Made by a program: the position numbers and the translations under genes. From positions 224,001 through 288,000 of the forward strand of contig CAVSPA010000005.1 in NCBI GenBank assembly GCA_963729715.1: DNA of 64,000 nt, in the 5' to 3' direction. Positions within the stretch are counted from its first letter, which is position 1. Every line of letters begins with the position of its first letter. The DNA comes from an uncultured delta proteobacterium. Lineage in GTDB: Bacteria; Desulfobacterota; Syntrophia; Syntrophales; UBA2185. The notes under the pieces were generated by a model. It was not told the DNA's origin and searched no databases. It was given only the letters and a program-made list of their open reading frames with translations. Shown piece by piece: positions 59,829 to 64,000 of this stretch.

Positions 59829-60599
59829 ATGAACCGGTTAAACATAATACATGCCGCTCTTGCGGTGTCCGCTCTCGCCATCATGGCATGCGGGACGAGC
59901 CCATGGACTCAGGAACAGGCAGATGCCCACGTTAATGTCGGAACTGCCTATCTGGGATCGGGACGATCTAATGATGCCTTGAAGGAATTTTTGCAGGCGG
60001 AAAATCTCTCGCCCCGAGATCCCAAGGTTCATTATTATATGGGGATTTCTTACCTCGAGAAAGGGCTTAGGGATAAAGCAATCGATGAATTTAAAAATGC
60101 CCTGTCTTTGAAGCCCGACTATTCGGAGGCACACAATTTTCTGGGCGTAATCTATCGCGATAAAAAACAATGGGACATGGCCATAGATGAATTTAAGAAT
60201 GCCCTTGCCAATGCGCTATATGAAACCCCTGACAAGGCAATATTTAACATGGGAACGGCCTATTACGGTAAGGGGGATTATGAGAAGGCCCTGAAAATTT
60301 ACGAAGAGGCGAAGAACAAGCAGCCGCACACAATCCCCATCCCTGTAATAGACCTTAACATGGGTATAACCTGTTATGCCAAGGGGGATTTAGAAAAAGC
60401 GGTTAGTTATTTGAGGGCATCCTTCAAGGCTACCCCCTCTTTACTGGAATGCCACTACTGGTTAGGGCTGTGTTATATCAAACTGCATGATACGGCAAAG
60501 GCAAAAGCAGAGTTCATGACCATCATCGATATAACACCGGATTCGGGATTGGGGATAGAAGCCAAGAAGAGCCTAGATTCCATAACGTCTTCCCGCTAA
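59829..60599 (+). CDS. TPR lipoprotein, PilF/PilW/Tgl-like pilotin
   Basis: Lipobox IMAC, several TPRs, YETPDKA motif; follows pilQ. Confidence 0.8.
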   Translation: MNRLNIIHAALAVSALAIMACGTSPWTQEQADAHVNVGTAYLGSGRSNDALKEFLQAENLSPRDPKVHYYMGISYLEKGLRDKAIDEFKNALSLKPDYSEAHNFLGVIYRDKKQWDMAIDEFKNALANALYETPDKAIFNMGTAYYGKGDYEKALKIYEEAKNKQPHTIPIPVIDLNMGITCYAKGDLEKAVSYLRASFKATPSLLECHYWLGLCYIKLHDTAKAKAEFMTIIDITPDSGLGIEAKKSLDSITSSR

Positions 60600-60880
60600 T
60601 CAGGCGAAGCAGCATATACGCAAAAATTCGGTCCTTTCCTAATCAGTCCACGGACACTTCAAATTATCCACGCTATCCCTTCAACCGCCCCGTACTCAGC
60701 TCTGGACCATTCTTAAAAAATCCCCTCACAAAGAAATCCCCCTACCCTTTTTCCTGCGATTTGTACCTATAAAGGGAGGAGGATTGACAGTATAAGATTT
60801 ATTATACCTATTACCTCGCTGCGAAGAGCGGGCAGTACACTTCTTCACTAAACACTACATGAGCAGATTTTTTGAAGAGC

Positions 60881-63800
60881 TTACTGTATTCTCCGATCCT
60901 TCCAGTTTAGGATGTTGACCCTGTTGGAGAGTCCCGGGGGATTGAAGTTCACGCGCTGCGTGCTTGCAGAGACACCGCTGCCGCCGCTCAGCGTTACATA
61001 GATATCTCCGATGGTCGATCCCCCCGGCTTCATGGAAATCATGGGTGAAGAGGCTATGCCAGCCCCGAGCGACATGCTTCGTGACGAGCCGCCGAATGCG
61101 CCGTCACCGGAGGTGTAGTTTAAGCCGTAGAGCGTTGAAGTGCCGCCCTGCAAACAGACATCTCCGCCTGAAGGAGGTGTGTAGGTGGTAAAGTAGACCA
61201 CGCCACCAAACACTGTTGGATCGGAAAGCATTTTCTCCCCCGTTCCCTGCAGATTGATGTAGAACCCGTCTTGGGTGTCGCCGGTACCGTATGACTGCCC
61301 CGTGGCTGTTACATTCTTCAGATTGCCGATCGTATAGGTGGTGCTCCGGTCATCATCCTTCATGGCGAACAAGGTGTCGCTCGTGGTGGTATCCTTGGGG
61401 CTCATGTGATTTCCCGTACCCCAGTATACCCACGTATTCTGCTGATTATCCACGGCGGCGGTTGCCATCTGGTAGATGGGTTGGGCCGTGGCAGAGCTGT
61501 AAAGACGCCCGCCTGTCCAGTTGACGGCCTGACCGCTGATGCCGCAGTTCGGCATATCCACCGCCCTGCAGAAGTTGAAGCGCCACATGTTGCCCCCCAG
61601 GTCCCCTACATAAACCGTGTCGATAAAGCCGTCCTGATCGGTATCAACAGTGGCGGGAGTCGCCGGTATGCTGTATTGCATGTTCGGGTCATTCCCGTAG
61701 TTGTAGCTCCAGAGAATCTGCCCGTTGCTCAAGTCAACGACATAAAACCCCTTCCCCCGGCAGTCACAAACCCCGCAGGCGCCTCCTCCTGAGCAGTTGG
61801 CCCCGTTGTATCCTCCGCCTATGAACCCGACCCATTTCTCATATACCTGACCGCCCTGATTGTAAATGACCCTGCCCACCATCATCTTGCTCCACGGGGC
61901 CCCGAGGTAAGGCTTCACTGCATTCGTGCCCACGAGGCGCCATTTATATGCGTTCGGTGTAGCGGACGTGTTGGTGAGATCAAAGGCGTAATAGCCGCAG
62001 TAATGAACATAGGTGGAGTCATACGTGGCCTGAAAGTTACTGTCGCACTGGGAATCGGAGCTCCAGAGATTGACGCCCCCGTCCCCTTCACCAAAGATCG
62101 CCATTGTGTGCCAATCCTGCTTTACTTTACTCGTACCGTCAACGGTCCCGCCGGCACTCTGCCACCATACGTCAGCCACCGTCACCGGCCCGTCAACCAG
62201 ATACTGGTGCGGAAGCGCCGAGGGATTGGAGGGATGGGCGGTGTACTGCAACTGGGGTAGCAGGTTGGGGGGAACAAAACTCCACTGCTCGGATCCGTCC
62301 GACGTCTTGAAGACGTGGAACTGACCGTCATTTGCCCCCGCTACGATGAGACGAAGTCCGTTAGCGGAGGTACGCGGATTATCACACCTGAACTGATCGA
62401 AGGCATTTCCAAACATAGGGGTGCTTTGGCACGAGTAAGACGTATAATTCTGATCGCGGAGGTCTTCGAAAAAAGGGTTCGGTGTTCCCACGTTGACCGG
62501 TGTTGAGTGGAATATATCGCCCAGCTTCCAGCTGTCAGGGTTATATGTGGGATTTCCCTGGATGTACCCCACGACGGCATTTCTCGTTGGGTTGTCGGGA
62601 ACACCAAGCCTGTTTTTTGAAATTGACGTATCGAAAGTTATCAGGCTGGCATTGCTGGAGGTAAATATATTACGGGTAGTGTAATCTTGTGCCGCAAGAA
62701 GGGACCCCGCCTCCCAGACAACGGCGCCCAGGGTCCCGTCGGCGTTGATGTTATATTTCTTCAGATACCCACGCCAGAAAGGATCGCTGTTTACGGGCGT
62801 GAATGAGGCCTCATAGAGGAAGTCTTCGTCCGTGATCCGGGAGGAGGACACCGAGGCAACGGTAAAAGAATATGTCTTTGATATGATATCCTGCGGTATG
62901 GCAGCGAGCGCCGCTGCAAGCTCTGTGGGATTATCGGCGTAATATGCATGGCCGTTGGCGTCGGCAGTGCCCCCCGCAACCGCCATCTGGTCCAGCAACG
63001 GCTTGGACTGGGCCGTAAGGGCCATACCCAGGACATATGTACTTATATTGAAGGTGTAACCGGGGACGGCCGGCGTGGTAAGAGTCGTTAAGGCAGTGAT
63101 CTGAGAGATCACGGAGGGCAGCACGTTAACAGCCGTATCAGTTGTCCCGTTGGCGTACGTGTTGGCGAGCCCGGCAGTCACGAAGATGACAAAATTCTTC
63201 TGGCACCACGCCTGTATGGGGCTTGTATAGGAGACGCCGCTCTGGTAGTCGGTTCCACCCTGAAAGTACTCTATAGCCGACTGGAAAGTGCCCGTACCCG
63301 GCGCTAGGCCCGCATTCACTATATAAGAGCAAAGATTGGGATTGGCCGTATTTGTGCAGCTCATATATCCCGCCTGGTTATTTTCGTTCATCGCGAGCAT
63401 CGCGGTCAGCGCGTTAAGCTGGCTGTTGTTGCCCGGGTTGGTGGCGCAGGCCACATGGAGATAACCGTCACCCGGGGAGCTGTTGGCAAACCATGTCTGC
63501 CCCGTGTAATAACCAAAGTTCCGTTTACCGAATTCTTTAAACCCCAACGCTATATCCTCGTCCGTAGGGCCGAAGCCACCACTGTAGAAGCCGCCAGAAT
63601 AATTGTGACTGCCGCCGGCGTAATCAGCATGAACCGGGCCGGTATCATTCGTGCCTGTTTTTGTGTGGTAGCAGTCGTAGGAATCGGTTGCCGAGTTATT
63701 ATCCGCGACGTATGTAGTGCCGTAGCAGAAGAAGATTCCCTGATTTGAGCCCGCATAATCTGTCCCGGGAATATTGTAGTATACATAATGGCTAGCATCT

Positions 63801-64000
63801 GTCGGGTTTGTCATCTGCTGTGTTTTTGGATAGGTAATACCACAATAGGTGTTACGATTCACCGAGTTTGCTGCGAAGGCCGTAAGCCCATCATTGCCGT
63901 CCGGGTCATTCATCGTGTAGTCTGCATTGAAGTTAGGGTTGCCGACCTGGCAGGCCGCATTGCACGTATCCCTGCTTGACGTATGCCCAGGATAATTCTG
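60881..64000 (-). CDS. pilY1: PilY1/PilC-type pilus tip adhesin (5' end outside the window)
   Basis: Frame stays open to base 64000; vWA-like region, WKLGDIFHSTP, GANDGQFHVF, VDGPVTVADV, Ca-binding loop DTDQDGFID, YVGDLGGNMWRF and C-terminal NWKD. Confidence 0.9.
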   Translation of the reverse strand, partial: QNYPGHTSSRDTCNAACQVGNPNFNADYTMNDPDGNDGLTAFAANSVNRNTYCGITYPKTQQMTNPTDASHYVYYNIPGTDYAGSNQGIFFCYGTTYVADNNSATDSYDCYHTKTGTNDTGPVHADYAGGSHNYSGGFYSGGFGPTDEDIALGFKEFGKRNFGYYTGQTWFANSSPGDGYLHVACATNPGNNSQLNALTAMLAMNENNQAGYMSCTNTANPNLCSYIVNAGLAPGTGTFQSAIEYFQGGTDYQSGVSYTSPIQAWCQKNFVIFVTAGLANTYANGTTDTAVNVLPSVISQITALTTLTTPAVPGYTFNISTYVLGMALTAQSKPLLDQMAVAGGTADANGHAYYADNPTELAAALAAIPQDIISKTYSFTVASVSSSRITDEDFLYEASFTPVNSDPFWRGYLKKYNINADGTLGAVVWEAGSLLAAQDYTTRNIFTSSNASLITFDTSISKNRLGVPDNPTRNAVVGYIQGNPTYNPDSWKLGDIFHSTPVNVGTPNPFFEDLRDQNYTSYSCQSTPMFGNAFDQFRCDNPRTSANGLRLIVAGANDGQFHVFKTSDGSEQWSFVPPNLLPQLQYTAHPSNPSALPHQYLVDGPVTVADVWWQSAGGTVDGTSKVKQDWHTMAIFGEGDGGVNLWSSDSQCDSNFQATYDSTYVHYCGYYAFDLTNTSATPNAYKWRLVGTNAVKPYLGAPWSKMMVGRVIYNQGGQVYEKWVGFIGGGYNGANCSGGGACGVCDCRGKGFYVVDLSNGQILWSYNYGNDPNMQYSIPATPATVDTDQDGFIDTVYVGDLGGNMWRFNFCRAVDMPNCGISGQAVNWTGGRLYSSATAQPIYQMATAAVDNQQNTWVYWGTGNHMSPKDTTTSDTLFAMKDDDRSTTYTIGNLKNVTATGQSYGTGDTQDGFYINLQGTGEKMLSDPTVFGGVVYFTTYTPPSGGDVCLQGGTSTLYGLNYTSGDGAFGGSSRSMSLGAGIASSPMISMKPGGSTIGDIYVTLSGGSGVSASTQRVNFNPPGLSNRVNILNWKDRRIQ

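Noticed and set aside
60784..60815. Antisense promoter facing the pilY1 3' end (TTGACA at 60784)
   Set aside because: No well-spaced -10 hexamer.

Overview
Mostly core-genome DNA from an anaerobic Gram-negative bacterium. Gene content and order suggest Desulfobacterota, probably Syntrophales-like; this is an inference, not a computed placement. From left to right: pal with a divergent MarR gene; a group-3d-type [NiFe] hydrogenase operon (NuoG/HydA-like FeS subunit, small subunit, large subunit, protease) with no flavin diaphorase genes; a DD-carboxypeptidase; GAF-gap-sigma54 response regulator converging on a sensor kinase and a small exported protein with a clear sigma54 promoter; a lipid kinase plus a YtpB-type (class IB) terpene synthase; an HI0933 flavoprotein; a glycine cleavage/lipA/lpdA cluster; def; a probable menaquinone methyltransferase (MenK/MqnK) followed by selA-rluD-ATPase-HD-GYP-pgeF; rho-rpmE-prfA-prmC-murA-hisD-tRNA-Gly(CCC); an acyl-CoA dehydrogenase; rimP-nusA-infB-DUF503-rbfA-nrnA-truB-rpsO-pnp-M16 peptidase-dut-DUF39; HTH-ftsB-like-pilMNOPQ-TPR pilotin; and a PilY1 adhesin gene running off the right edge. 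I saw no CRISPR array, prophage, integrase or intact transposase. The best leads are the diaphorase-less hydrogenase operon with a structured leader, the terpene synthase/lipid kinase pair, the sigma54 module, the menK-selA linkage and a miniature IS200/IS605 remnant between truB and rpsO. All functional calls come from motif recognition by eye; no searches were run.
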